From positions 1 through 59,899 of the forward strand of contig DASWTQ010000297.1 in assembly GCA_036402055.1 (NCBI GenBank): a stretch of 59,899 bases of DNA. Reading direction: 5' to 3'. The notes under the pieces were generated by a model that was given only the letters and a program-made list of their open reading frames with translations, was not told the origin of the DNA and made no database searches. This stretch comes from Herpetosiphonaceae bacterium. Lineage in GTDB: Bacteria; Chloroflexota; Chloroflexia; Chloroflexales; Kallotenuaceae. The translations under genes and the position numbers were made by a program. Shown here one piece after another: positions 15,901 to 24,538 of this stretch. Position 1 is the stretch's first letter. Every line of letters starts with the position of its first letter.

Positions 15901-18900
15901 GAACAAAGAACAATTTACTGAAAACTTCCCCTCGCCTGCCGCAGCGGGAGAGGGGAGTCGCCGCAGCGACGGGGTGAGGGCCAGCAGTGAGGGCCTCTCC
16001 TCCAATCTTCGCACCTTCCTGGCCGAGCGCCTGCCCAGCTATATGGTGCCGACGGTCTTTGTGCCCCTTGAAAGCTTTCCTTTCACGCCGAACGGTAAAG
16101 TCGATCATTCAGCGCTTCGGGCCGCCGATCAGATCCGGCCGGAGCAACGCAGCAGCGTGCCTCCGCGCACAGCCGCTGAGGAGCGGCTGGCAGAGGTTTG
16201 GCGGCAGGTGCTGGGCATACAGCAGATCGGTATTCACGACAATTTCTTTGAGCTGGGTGGCGACTCAATTATCAGCATTCAGATCGTCGATCGGGCGCGC
16301 CAGGCCGGACTTCAGCTCACGCCCAAGCAGCTGTTTGAGCACCAGACGATCGAGGCGCTGGCTGCTGTTGCCGGTGCAGCCGTCGCTCCCACCGCCGATC
16401 AGGACGTGGTGACGGGTCCGGTTCCGCTCACGCCGATTCAGTGTTGGTTCTTCGCACAAGCATTGCCCGAGCCGCAGCATTGGAATCAATCGGTGCTCCT
16501 GGAAGCTCAAGCGATGCTCGACTCTGAGGCGCTTGAGCAAGCCGCCCAGCAGATCGTGGCCCACCACGACGCGCTGCGTCTGCGCTTTCGGCGCACGGCA
16601 GCTGGCTGGCAGCAATTTAATGCTCCGATCGAGGAGCAGCCCGTTGTGGTGCGGGTAGATCTCGCGACGTTGCCCGCAGACGAGCAGCCGGCTGCCCTGG
16701 AGCGGATCGCGGCGGATTGGCAGGCTAGCCTCGACCTGACCGCTGGGCCGCTGCTGCGATTCGTGCTATTTGACCTGGGCGCGAACACGCCGCAGCGATT
16801 GCTGATCATTGTCAACCATCTGGCGATCGACGGCGTTTCCTGGCGCATTCTGCTTCAGGATCTCCAGATGGCCTACCAGCAGCGGCTCCGCAACGAGCCG
16901 ATCCGGCTCCCGCTCAAGACAACCTCGTTCAAGCACTGGGCCGAGCGGCTGGTGGACTATGCGCAGTCTCCCGCGATCGAGGAGCAGCTGGCGTACTGGC
17001 AGGCCGTCCTACCACATCCGGTTGAGCGCCTGCCGCTTGACAATCCCGCAGGCGATACCAGCGAGGCTACAGCAGCGATCGTATCGGTGGCGCTGGAGGC
17101 CGAAGAGACGCGCGCGCTGCTCCATGACGTGCCGCATGCCTATGGAACGCAGATCAACGAGGTGCTGCTGACAGCACTGGCACTGGCCTGCGCACAGTGG
17201 ACCGGATCACGGCGGCTGCTGGTGGAGCTAGAAGGACACGGGCGCGAAGATATCTTTGCGGAGGTCGATCTGTCGCGCACGGTTGGCTGGTTCACAACGA
17301 CCTTTCCGATCCTGCTCGATCTTGCAGATGCCCACGATCTTGGCGACGCCGTGAAGCAGATCAAAGAGCAGGTGCGGCGTGTTCCCCAGCATGGGCTCGG
17401 CTATGGCCTGTTGCGCTATCTCAGCAAGAATCCAGCAATCGTCGAGCAGCTGCAAGCTTTGCCCACGCCCGAGATCAGCTTCAACTATCTGGGCCAGATC
17501 GACCATGCGCTGCCGGAGTCAACGCCGTTTCAGCTGGTGCAGGAGCCGGCCGGGCCAAATCGTAGCCTGCAAGGCCAGCGCAGCTGTCTCCTGGAGATCA
17601 ACGGGCTGATTGTCGGCGGGCGGCTGCGCCTGGATTGGACCTATAGCGGCCAGGTTCACGATCGCTCGACGATTGAGCGCCTGGCAGGAGCATATCTGGA
17701 GGCACTGCGAGCGCTGATTCGGCATTGTCAAGCCTGCGCAACCAGCAGCTACACGCCGTCGGACTTTCCGCTGGCACGGCTGGATCAGCGGCGGCTTGAC
17801 CAGATCCAGAGCGTAGGCACACCGATCGAGGATATCTACCCGCTGGCACCGATGCAGCGTGACATCCTCAGTTATACGCTGCAACATCCGGCATCACCAG
17901 CCTATGTGCTTCAAACCAGCTGTGTGCTGCACGGCGCGCTTGAGATCCAGGCCTTCAAACACGCCTGGCAACAAGCGCTGGATCGCCACCCGATCTTGCG
18001 AACCGGCTTTCAATGGCAGGCTGACGCAGAGCCGCTCCAGGTTGTGTACAGTCGTGTCGCGCTGCCGTGGCGCTACGACGACCTGCGAGGATTGGGCTCG
18101 GCCGAGCGCACAGCGTGGCTGGAACAGTTCCTGAATCAGGATCGGGAGTGCGGCTTTGACCTCACGCAAGCGCCGCTGATGCGGGTCGCGCTGATCCGCG
18201 TAGCTGAGCAGAGCTACCAATTCATCTGGAGCGGCCACCATCTTTTGCTGGACGGCTGGAGCTTCCAGGTTCTGTTAGGCGAAGTTTTTGGATGCTACCA
18301 GGCGCTGCGCCAGGACCGGCCGATCGAGGTCGAATCAGCTCCTGCATATCGCAGCTACATTGCCTGGCTCCAGCAGCAAAGCCTGGCCGAGGCCGAGACC
18401 TTCTGGCGACAGGCGCTGGCAGGCCCTGCAATTGCGCCCGTTGTGCTTGCCGCGTACGACGAAGCCAACGCTGGACGGCACCACGAATACCATGAGCAGC
18501 AGACGTACCTCTCGGCGACGACGACGGCGGCGCTCCAACAGATGGCGCGCCAGCACCATCTGACCTTGAATACCTTCGTGCAAGGAGCATGGGCCTTGCT
18601 GCTCGGCAGCTACGCTCATACCGACGACGTTACCTTTGGGGTCACAATTTCAAACCGTCCGCCGGAGGTATCGGGAATTGATCGATTAATGGGGCTGTGT
18701 ATCAATACTCTGCCGCTACGAGTACAGATCAGCGGTGAACGTTCGCTGCTAGCCTGGCTGAAGCAGGTTCAGGAGGCGCAAGTTGCCATGCAGCAGTATG
18801 CCTATAGCCCGCTGGAGCAAGTACAGACATGGGCAGGCTCGTCGACACGGCCATTGTTCGAGAGTGTACTACGCTTTCAGAATTACCCGATGGATGCTGT

Positions 18901-19177
18901 AGCTCAACATCGCGGCGATGCCATCACCATCGATCAGGTACGTGCTGTTGACGTTTGGCCTTACCCGCTCAGCGTCGTGGCGTTCCCTGGCGAGCAGCTG
19001 CTGCTATCGATTACCTACAACGGCTACGCGTTCGACGGCGCAACGGTTGCCAAGATGCTGGCCGACTTCCAGAAACTTCTGGAAGCGATGGCGGCGCAGA
19101 TCGACCAGCCGCTTGGAGCGCTGATCGCGCCATCCACCCGGCAATCGACTGTCTCGGCTGCGTCAGGGAACCGCTGA
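12965..19177 (+). CDS. NRPS, C - A - T - E - C (ends in a condensation domain)
   Basis: 2070 aa. GAAGGAG lies 6 nt upstream of the ATG, and the ATG is 13 nt after the previous stop. C is about aa 44-480 (nt 13094-14404, HHIITDAWS). A is about aa 500-1050 (nt 14462-16114), with [34 protein letters not shown] and NGKVD. T is about aa 1066-1135 (nt 16160-16369, FFELGGDSI). E is about aa 1148-1590 (nt 16406-17734, NHLAIDGVSW). The terminal C is about aa 1618-2050 (nt 17816-19114, IEDIYPLAPMQ and HHLLLDGWS). My hand-extracted A-domain code is DTENIGTVEK, which I could not assign. Confidence 0.9.
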   Translation: MLNSSAQRGALSPKRRALLAALLKEQGVAVSRSEIVRQPRTTNQFPMSFAQQRLWFAEQLEPGSPVYNHASAIRLSGSLNQAALEQSLQEIVRRHEMLRTTFVADNGSLLQVIAESATLELPLVDLSGLPAAEREPEARRLAVAEAHRSFDLARGPLLRAVLVRLHPEGTRAEHILLLTIHHIITDAWSNSVLNRELAILYEAFAHDRPSPLPELPIQYADFAVWQRDYLTSAVREAQLTYWKQQLAGAPPLLELPCDHPRPTVQRYGGAYVPLVLSQSLSAALTALSQREGVTLFMTLLAAFKTLLYRYTGQHDLLVGSPNAGRNRSETEGLIGFFVNMLVLRTDLSGDPTFQELLQRVRATASGAYANQDLPFEQIVDELKPERNLSHSPIFQVAFALSNVPQAALQLSNLRIETLHFDAIVTSEFDITLFMAEAAGGLSGAFEYNAELFEATTIARMVDHFHMLLQSIIADPAQRISALPLLTPAERQQMLEAWNSPPTSAAPDHCVHQLFAAQAAQTPAAVALVCTDISGQIRELSYAELDRQANQLAHALQQRGIGPDARVGICAERSPELIVGLLAILKAGGAYVPLDPAYPQERLRFMIEDAQVRVLITQQALLDRLPEAQVPVLCLDLDWEAIDSQPHTPPVTGITSDHLAYVIYTSGSTGQPKGVMISHRSLCNFIATTTDEYAIGPGDRVLQFTSISWDTSVEELYPCLARGATLVLRPATMLDSMTTFLQTCHDLRITVLNLPTAVWHTVAASLSSLELPLPSTIRLLIIGGERVRPEHVKLWQANTGPGVRLLNTYGLAETTVEVTRYEVARAAQTRREIPIGRPFPSVQVFILDRQLQPVPIGVAGELYVAGPGLARGYLNRPDLTAERFIPHPFAQRAPELPGVRLYKTGDLARYRPDGNLEFLERADHQVKIRGFRIELGEIEAVLAQHPAVREAVVLAREDAGHGEKRLVAYVVEEQENKEQRNKEQFTENFPSPAAAGEGSRRSDGVRASSEGLSSNLRTFLAERLPSYMVPTVFVPLESFPFTPNGKVDHSALRAADQIRPEQRSSVPPRTAAEERLAEVWRQVLGIQQIGIHDNFFELGGDSIISIQIVDRARQAGLQLTPKQLFEHQTIEALAAVAGAAVAPTADQDVVTGPVPLTPIQCWFFAQALPEPQHWNQSVLLEAQAMLDSEALEQAAQQIVAHHDALRLRFRRTAAGWQQFNAPIEEQPVVVRVDLATLPADEQPAALERIAADWQASLDLTAGPLLRFVLFDLGANTPQRLLIIVNHLAIDGVSWRILLQDLQMAYQQRLRNEPIRLPLKTTSFKHWAERLVDYAQSPAIEEQLAYWQAVLPHPVERLPLDNPAGDTSEATAAIVSVALEAEETRALLHDVPHAYGTQINEVLLTALALACAQWTGSRRLLVELEGHGREDIFAEVDLSRTVGWFTTTFPILLDLADAHDLGDAVKQIKEQVRRVPQHGLGYGLLRYLSKNPAIVEQLQALPTPEISFNYLGQIDHALPESTPFQLVQEPAGPNRSLQGQRSCLLEINGLIVGGRLRLDWTYSGQVHDRSTIERLAGAYLEALRALIRHCQACATSSYTPSDFPLARLDQRRLDQIQSVGTPIEDIYPLAPMQRDILSYTLQHPASPAYVLQTSCVLHGALEIQAFKHAWQQALDRHPILRTGFQWQADAEPLQVVYSRVALPWRYDDLRGLGSAERTAWLEQFLNQDRECGFDLTQAPLMRVALIRVAEQSYQFIWSGHHLLLDGWSFQVLLGEVFGCYQALRQDRPIEVESAPAYRSYIAWLQQQSLAEAETFWRQALAGPAIAPVVLAAYDEANAGRHHEYHEQQTYLSATTTAALQQMARQHHLTLNTFVQGAWALLLGSYAHTDDVTFGVTISNRPPEVSGIDRLMGLCINTLPLRVQISGERSLLAWLKQVQEAQVAMQQYAYSPLEQVQTWAGSSTRPLFESVLRFQNYPMDAVAQHRGDAITIDQVRAVDVWPYPLSVVAFPGEQLLLSITYNGYAFDGATVAKMLADFQKLLEAMAAQIDQPLGALIAPSTRQSTVSAASGNR
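15875..15997 (+). repeat. In-frame repeat-like insertion in the A8-A9 loop of the A domain
   Basis: About 40 extra codons (EEQENKEQRNKEQFTENFPSPAAAGEGSRRSDGVRASSEG) lie between LVAYVV and LPSYMVP. The DNA begins with GAAC-containing 7-8-mers (GAGGAACA AGAGAACA AAGAACA ACGGAACA AAGAACA). Then comes CCCCTC...GAGGGG, and then direct repeats GCCGCAGCG x2 and GTGAGGGCC x2. Confidence 0.6.
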
Positions 19178-19613
19178 CTGCACCCGTTATTGACATGCGG
19201 TTCCCCAAGGTACACCCTACTTTGACACAAATATGCTCCTGGCGGTGTTACAAGCACCCCAGGAGCGTGGCTGTATGTGGTTCCTTGACACTCGCATGGT
19301 TTCCCCACCTCGTAGCCGCCCCTTAGCTGTTTGCGAGGCGTGTGCACCGTGTAGGAATGGAATTGTGCTTTCAACTGCGCCGGAGCCGACGATTACGCTG
19401 CGGCGTTTGGAGGAGTTGGAAGACATGCTATCATAGCCAATACGAGTTTCTACCAAGGGCAATGCGCAGCTGAAGCCATGTTATCATCATCTGCGGATCG
19501 TTCGGTGGATGATGTACCGACCTCGCTGCTCTGCGGCAGCATTCACCGTATCTTCAATCCCGCAGCAGGTACCGCGGTAGAAGTTGACGAACAACACTCA
19601 AAGGAGATGTGTT

Positions 19614-20651
19614 ATGCAACGCCGTCGAAGCCTTGGCCTCGTTCTCACGCTCATCCTCACGCTCGCCCTCGCCGCCTGTGGCGGACCTGCCCAGCCCGCA
19701 GGCGATAGCACCAGCGGCAATACCACTGCTTCCGGCAATCAGGCGAGTGGTGGGTTGCCGAAGCTAAGCCAGAAAGCCAAGTACAAAGTGGGATTTGCCC
19801 AGGTCGAGAGTAACAATCCCTGGCGGATCGCTCAGACCGAAAGCATGAAAGCCGAAGCCCAAAAACGCGGCCATGAACTGGTCTATACGGATGCTGCCGG
19901 CTCCGAAGCTAAGCAAATTGCGGATGTCGACTCGATGATCGCCCAGAAGGTCGATGCGATCTTTCTCGCACCGCGATCAGAAAAACCGCTGGCCCAGGCA
20001 GTCCTCAAAGCCAAGGCGGCGGGTGTGCCTGTGATTTTGCTTGATCGGAATGTCGATCAGACGATCGCCAAGCCCGGCGAAGATTATGTTACCTTTATTG
20101 GTTCAAACTTCATCGAAGAAGGCCAGCGGGCAGCGGATTGGCTGGTCAAGACGACCGGTGGCACGGCCAAGATCATCGAGCTTGAAGGAACGGTTGGCTC
20201 ATCACCGGCGATCGACCGCAAAAAAGGCTTTCACGATCAGATCGCCGGCCAGACTGGGATGGAAGTTGTGGCATCTCAGACGGGCGACTTCGCACGTGAC
20301 AAAGGTCGGCAGGTGATGGAAACATTGCTGCAAGCGCACCCGGATGCGACCGCCGTCTACGCCCACAATGACGAGATGGCGCTGGGGGCCATTGCGGCGA
20401 TCGAAGCGGCTGGTAAGGTGCCAGGGAAAGATATCATTATCGTATCGATCGACGGCTCCCGAGACGCCCTCCAGGCTATCATCGACGGCAAGCTGGGCGC
20501 AACCGTGGAGTGCAACCCGCGCTTCGGTCCCAAGGCGTTCGATACGCTGGACGCGTTCGCGAAGGGCGAACAAATTGCCGCCAAGATTATCAACCCAGAT
20601 AAGTTCTTCGACCAGAGTAATGCGAAGGATGAGATCGGTAACGCCTACTAG
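19614..20651 (+). CDS. ytfQ: ABC transporter periplasmic-type sugar-binding lipoprotein, YtfQ-like (galactofuranose-binding family)
   Basis: The ORF-track frame begins at 19584. ATG 19614 has AAGGAG upstream and gives MQRRRSLGLVLTLILTLALAAC (lipobox LAAC). ELEGTVGSSPAIDRKKGF, QTGDFARDKGRQVMETLL and VYAHNDEMALGAIAAIEAAGKVPGKDI closely parallel E. coli YtfQ as I remember it. Confidence 0.8.
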   Translation: MQRRRSLGLVLTLILTLALAACGGPAQPAGDSTSGNTTASGNQASGGLPKLSQKAKYKVGFAQVESNNPWRIAQTESMKAEAQKRGHELVYTDAAGSEAKQIADVDSMIAQKVDAIFLAPRSEKPLAQAVLKAKAAGVPVILLDRNVDQTIAKPGEDYVTFIGSNFIEEGQRAADWLVKTTGGTAKIIELEGTVGSSPAIDRKKGFHDQIAGQTGMEVVASQTGDFARDKGRQVMETLLQAHPDATAVYAHNDEMALGAIAAIEAAGKVPGKDIIIVSIDGSRDALQAIIDGKLGATVECNPRFGPKAFDTLDAFAKGEQIAAKIINPDKFFDQSNAKDEIGNAY

Positions 20652-20740
20652 CGAGTGCCGGGCAGGACGGTGGGGATCATGGGAGGCAGCATGCGCCTCC
20701 GATCCCCATTGCTTGAGCGACATGTGGAGACGGATGAGCT

Positions 20741-22279
20741 GTGGCAGACATTGAACCGATCCTTCAGATGGAAGGCATTACAAAGCGATTTCCTGGAGTG
20801 CTGGCGCTCCGAGAAGCCCGGCTGCGTGTCGGTCGTGGCGAGGTACACGCGCTGATCGGCGAGAATGGCGCGGGCAAGTCCACGCTGATTAAGATTTTGA
20901 CGGGCGCGTACCAGCGCGACAGCGGCACAATTGTGTTCGATGGTCGGCCAGTAGATTTCCAGTCGCCGCAGCAGGCGCAGGCTAGCGGCGTGAGCACCAT
21001 CTACCAGGAAATTAACCTCGTACCGTTTCGTTCAATCAGCGAAAATATATTCATGGGTCGGGAGCCTCGTCGGTGGGGCTTGATCAATTGGCGGCGCATG
21101 AATCGGGAGGCAGCGGCGATTCTGGAGCGCTTTGGCATTCATGTCGATGTCACACAGCCATTGCTGAGCCTCAACGTCGCCGTCCAGCAGATGGTCGCGA
21201 TCGCACGCGCTGTCTCGTTTGAGAGCAAGCTTGTCATTATGGATGAGCCCACGTCATCGCTCGATGAGCGTGAGGTTGCTACGTTGTTTGATGTTATTCG
21301 CCAGCTTAAGCGCGAGGGTGTCGCCGTTATTTTCGTGAGCCATCGTCTGGATGAGCTTTACGCCGTCTGCGATCGTGTGACAATTATGCGCGATGGGGAG
21401 ACCGTCGGCGATCATGCGCTGGCGCAGATCACAAAGCTTGAGCTTGTGGCGAAAATGCTTGGCAAAGAGTTGGGCGAAGTGCGCCGCTTCGGGGTGACGG
21501 GCTTTGATGCGACGGTTCATGAGGGACGGCAGCCTGTCCTTGAAGCTCGTCATCTGCGCCGTGGGCAAGCGCTGCGTGGTGTGGATGTGAGCGTGCGTGC
21601 AGGCGAGATCGTTGGGCTGGCAGGCTTGCTCGGTTCAGGCCGGACCGAAACCGCCCGTACCCTGTTTGGAGCTGATCCACTCGACAGCGGTACAATCCGC
21701 ATTGACAATCGGCCAGTCCAGCTTGGCTCACCTGCCGACGCAATCCGCGCCAAGATCGGCTTTTGCTCCGAAGATCGCAAGACCGAAGGCATTATTCCCT
21801 ATATGTCGGTGCGCGAGAACCTCACGCTGGCGCTACTACCGGCACTCACGCGCTATGGATTCATTGCCCGTGACAAGCAGGCCGCGATAGTAGACCGCTT
21901 TATTCGACGACTGGGAATCAAGGTGGCCAGCCCAGATCAGCCGATCCGTGAGCTGTCGGGCGGCAATCAGCAGAAAGTACTGCTGGCGCGCTGGCTGTGT
22001 CTCAACCCACAACTGCTGATTCTCGACGAGCCGACGCGCGGGATTGACGTAGGGGCCAAGGGGGAGATCCAGGCGTTGATCAATGAACTTGCCGATGATG
22101 GACTGGGCGTGCTCATGATCTCATCCGAGCTTGAGGAACTGACCGAAGGCTGTGATCGCGTGGTTGTGCTCCGTGATGGGCAGAGTATAGCAGAGCTGCC
22201 ACATGCCGTGATGAGCCAGGATGCGATCATTGCGGCGATGGCGCAGGGGAGCGCGGAACAGGAGGACGTGCATGGCTAA
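20741..22279 (+). CDS. ytfR: Sugar ABC transporter ATP-binding protein with two ABC domains, YtfR-like
   Basis: 512 aa with a GTG start. Walker A is GENGAGKST. A second ABC half follows (LSGGNQQKVLLARWL, LILDEPTRGIDVGAK). The gene lies in the operon after the YtfQ-like gene. Confidence 0.8.
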   Translation: MADIEPILQMEGITKRFPGVLALREARLRVGRGEVHALIGENGAGKSTLIKILTGAYQRDSGTIVFDGRPVDFQSPQQAQASGVSTIYQEINLVPFRSISENIFMGREPRRWGLINWRRMNREAAAILERFGIHVDVTQPLLSLNVAVQQMVAIARAVSFESKLVIMDEPTSSLDEREVATLFDVIRQLKREGVAVIFVSHRLDELYAVCDRVTIMRDGETVGDHALAQITKLELVAKMLGKELGEVRRFGVTGFDATVHEGRQPVLEARHLRRGQALRGVDVSVRAGEIVGLAGLLGSGRTETARTLFGADPLDSGTIRIDNRPVQLGSPADAIRAKIGFCSEDRKTEGIIPYMSVRENLTLALLPALTRYGFIARDKQAAIVDRFIRRLGIKVASPDQPIRELSGGNQQKVLLARWLCLNPQLLILDEPTRGIDVGAKGEIQALINELADDGLGVLMISSELEELTEGCDRVVVLRDGQSIAELPHAVMSQDAIIAAMAQGSAEQEDVHG

Positions 22280-23279
22280 CCTGGATCAGGCTACGCGCCG
22301 TCCTGGACACCGGCTGATCCTGCCGGGTCGCCTGCGTGATGCTGGGCAGACATATGGCGCGGTGGCGGTGCTGCTGCTGTTGGTGCTCTACAATATCGTG
22401 TTTACCCCTGGCTTTCTAACGACACAGGCAATCAATGTCAACCTGACGCAGGTGGCGACGATCGTCATTGTCGCGACAGGCATGACGCTTGTGATCGCGA
22501 CCAGTGGGATCGATCTTTCGGTTGGCTCCCTCATGGCGATTGCTGGGGCGCTTGCACCGTTGGTTTTTTTACGTCAAACGTTCCCGTTCAACACGCCGGG
22601 ACTTGGCACGCTGCTGGCGATCGGCATACCCGTGCTCGTGGCTGGGGGATTTGGGCTCTTCAACGGGATACTCATAACCGTTTTTCAGATCCAGCCAATC
22701 ATCGCAACGCTGATCTTGTTCATCGCCGGACGCGGAATCGCGCAAGTGGTGACGCAGGGCAATCTCCAAACGTTTAACAATCCTGCGTTTCAATATCTTG
22801 GCCTGGGGCGTCCCTTCGGCATTCCGTTTCAAGTAATCCTGATGCTGCTGATCGTCGCGGTGGTAGCCGGGGCAATGCGCGTCACCAGATTTGGCCGCTA
22901 TGTGTTGGCGACGGGCGGCAACGAGGCGGCGGCCCGGCTGGCGGGAGTGCCTGTTCATCGGGTTAAATGCACCGTCTATGTTGTGAGCGGGCTGCTCTCC
23001 GGGCTCGCGGGGCTGATCGTGATCGCCATCAACTCGTCGTCGGATGCCAACCAGATTGGCCTCAATATGGAGCTTGACGCGATTGCGGCAGTTGCTGTTG
23101 GCGGTACGCCGCTCACCGGTGGTCGTGCAACCATCGTTGGAACACTCATCGGCGCGCTGATCATTCAGCTCATCCGCTTTACCCTGCTGACCAAGGGCGT
23201 GCCGTACGCGGTCGCACAAATCATCAATGCGGTGATTATCTTGATCGCGGTGTATGTCCAGCGGCAGTCACGCAGCTAA
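22272..23279 (+). CDS. ytfT: Sugar ABC transporter permease, YtfT-like
   Basis: The ORF-track frame begins at 22221. ATG 22272 (MANLDQ) overlaps the ytfR-like stop by 8 nt. The 335-aa product is polytopic and hydrophobic, of the RbsC/AraH type. Confidence 0.75.
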   Translation: MANLDQATRRPGHRLILPGRLRDAGQTYGAVAVLLLLVLYNIVFTPGFLTTQAINVNLTQVATIVIVATGMTLVIATSGIDLSVGSLMAIAGALAPLVFLRQTFPFNTPGLGTLLAIGIPVLVAGGFGLFNGILITVFQIQPIIATLILFIAGRGIAQVVTQGNLQTFNNPAFQYLGLGRPFGIPFQVILMLLIVAVVAGAMRVTRFGRYVLATGGNEAAARLAGVPVHRVKCTVYVVSGLLSGLAGLIVIAINSSSDANQIGLNMELDAIAAVAVGGTPLTGGRATIVGTLIGALIIQLIRFTLLTKGVPYAVAQIINAVIILIAVYVQRQSRS

Positions 23280-23289
23280 GAGGAACAGT

Positions 23290-24273
23290 ATGACGAGTTT
23301 TTCCGCCTCAACTGGACGCAGCCCGCAACAGGTGGGTCGGCGAGCCCGTCTCGTCAGCACAATCCAGCGACAGGCAGCGTTGCTTGCATTGGTGCTGCTG
23401 TTGTTCTTCGGTGCGCTACGCTATGAGGGCTTTTTCAGCGTCTATAACATCACAGAGTTGCTGCGCTACAACTCGATGTTTGGGCTGATCGCGCTTGGTA
23501 TGACTTTCGTCATCATGACGGGCGGGATCGATCTTTCGGTAGGCGCGGTGGCGGCACTGGCGAGTGTGCTGGCAGCGCTGTTGAGTCCCTATGGCTTGCT
23601 GCCTGCTATTGGTTTGCCGGTGCTTGTCGGCATCCTGGTTGGACTATTCAACGGCTGGGTGATTACCCGGCTGGCAATTGCGCCGTTCATTGGGACGTTA
23701 GCCATGCTGCTTGCCGCCCGTGGTGTAGCGCTCATCCTGGCGAACAATGCCGCTGTCAACGTCGATACAAGCGCCGGATTTATCAACCTTGGCCTCCACA
23801 GTATGGCTGGCGTGCCCATCCCGGTGCTGATCGTAGCGGTTGCCTATATGCTTGGATTGCTGGTGCTGAATTACACCCGCTTCGGGCGGCATGTCCTGGC
23901 CGTTGGTGGCAATGAAGAGGCTGCACGGCTGATGGGCCTGCCGGTCAACCGTATTAAGCTCAGCGTGTATGCGCTGAGCGGCGGCTTAGCCGGGCTAGCA
24001 GGCGTGATCCTGACGGCGCTCACATTTACTGGTTTGCCCACTGAAGGGGTTGGTTGGGAGCTTTCCGCGATTGCGGCCGTTGTGGTAGGTGGGACGTTGC
24101 TAACCGGGGGTGTTGGCTCAGTCGGGACTACCCTGGTTGGCGTGCTGCTCCTTGGGCTCATCCTCAATATGCTTAATTTTACTGGCCTTGGTGTGTACTG
24201 GCAATCAGTGATTCGCGGTGTCTTTTTGCTCATCGTAGTGATCTTCCAGAACCGCCTGGTACGACGACACTAG
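23290..24273 (+). CDS. yjfF: Sugar ABC transporter permease, YjfF-like
   Basis: The ORF-track frame begins at 23254. ATG 23290 (MTSFSAST) is preceded by AAGAGGA and lies 10 nt after the previous stop. The 327-aa product is polytopic, making this the second permease of the operon. Confidence 0.75.
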   Translation: MTSFSASTGRSPQQVGRRARLVSTIQRQAALLALVLLLFFGALRYEGFFSVYNITELLRYNSMFGLIALGMTFVIMTGGIDLSVGAVAALASVLAALLSPYGLLPAIGLPVLVGILVGLFNGWVITRLAIAPFIGTLAMLLAARGVALILANNAAVNVDTSAGFINLGLHSMAGVPIPVLIVAVAYMLGLLVLNYTRFGRHVLAVGGNEEAARLMGLPVNRIKLSVYALSGGLAGLAGVILTALTFTGLPTEGVGWELSAIAAVVVGGTLLTGGVGSVGTTLVGVLLLGLILNMLNFTGLGVYWQSVIRGVFLLIVVIFQNRLVRRH

Positions 24274-24538
24274 CAAGACATCGCGCGTGAAGCCGGGCCT
24301 ACAACGTCACCTGTACACCCACTCCGGTTCCCGACTCGGGCGCTTCGATCCCGACCGCTGGTCCCAGAGCACGAGGCCAAGCGCCCGCGCTAAGCCTATC
24401 TCCCCTTCGGTGCAGGCCCACAGTCTGCATCGGCAATCACTTCTACGCTGATGGCGGCGCAGCGCGTCCTACCCTGCTGGGTGAGCATGGGTAGTGCCCA
24501 CCACAGGCGGCCTTCTTGCGTATGATGCGAGGTGTGTG

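Noticed and set aside
19190-19290. Three TTGACA hexamers (19190, 19222, 19285) downstream of the NRPS stop, two of them followed by GGTT(T)CCCCA.
   Set aside because: None has a convincing -10 element at 16-18 nt, so the match may be chance. I did not call them promoters. The TATCAT-like boxes near 19420-19480 are equally unsupported.
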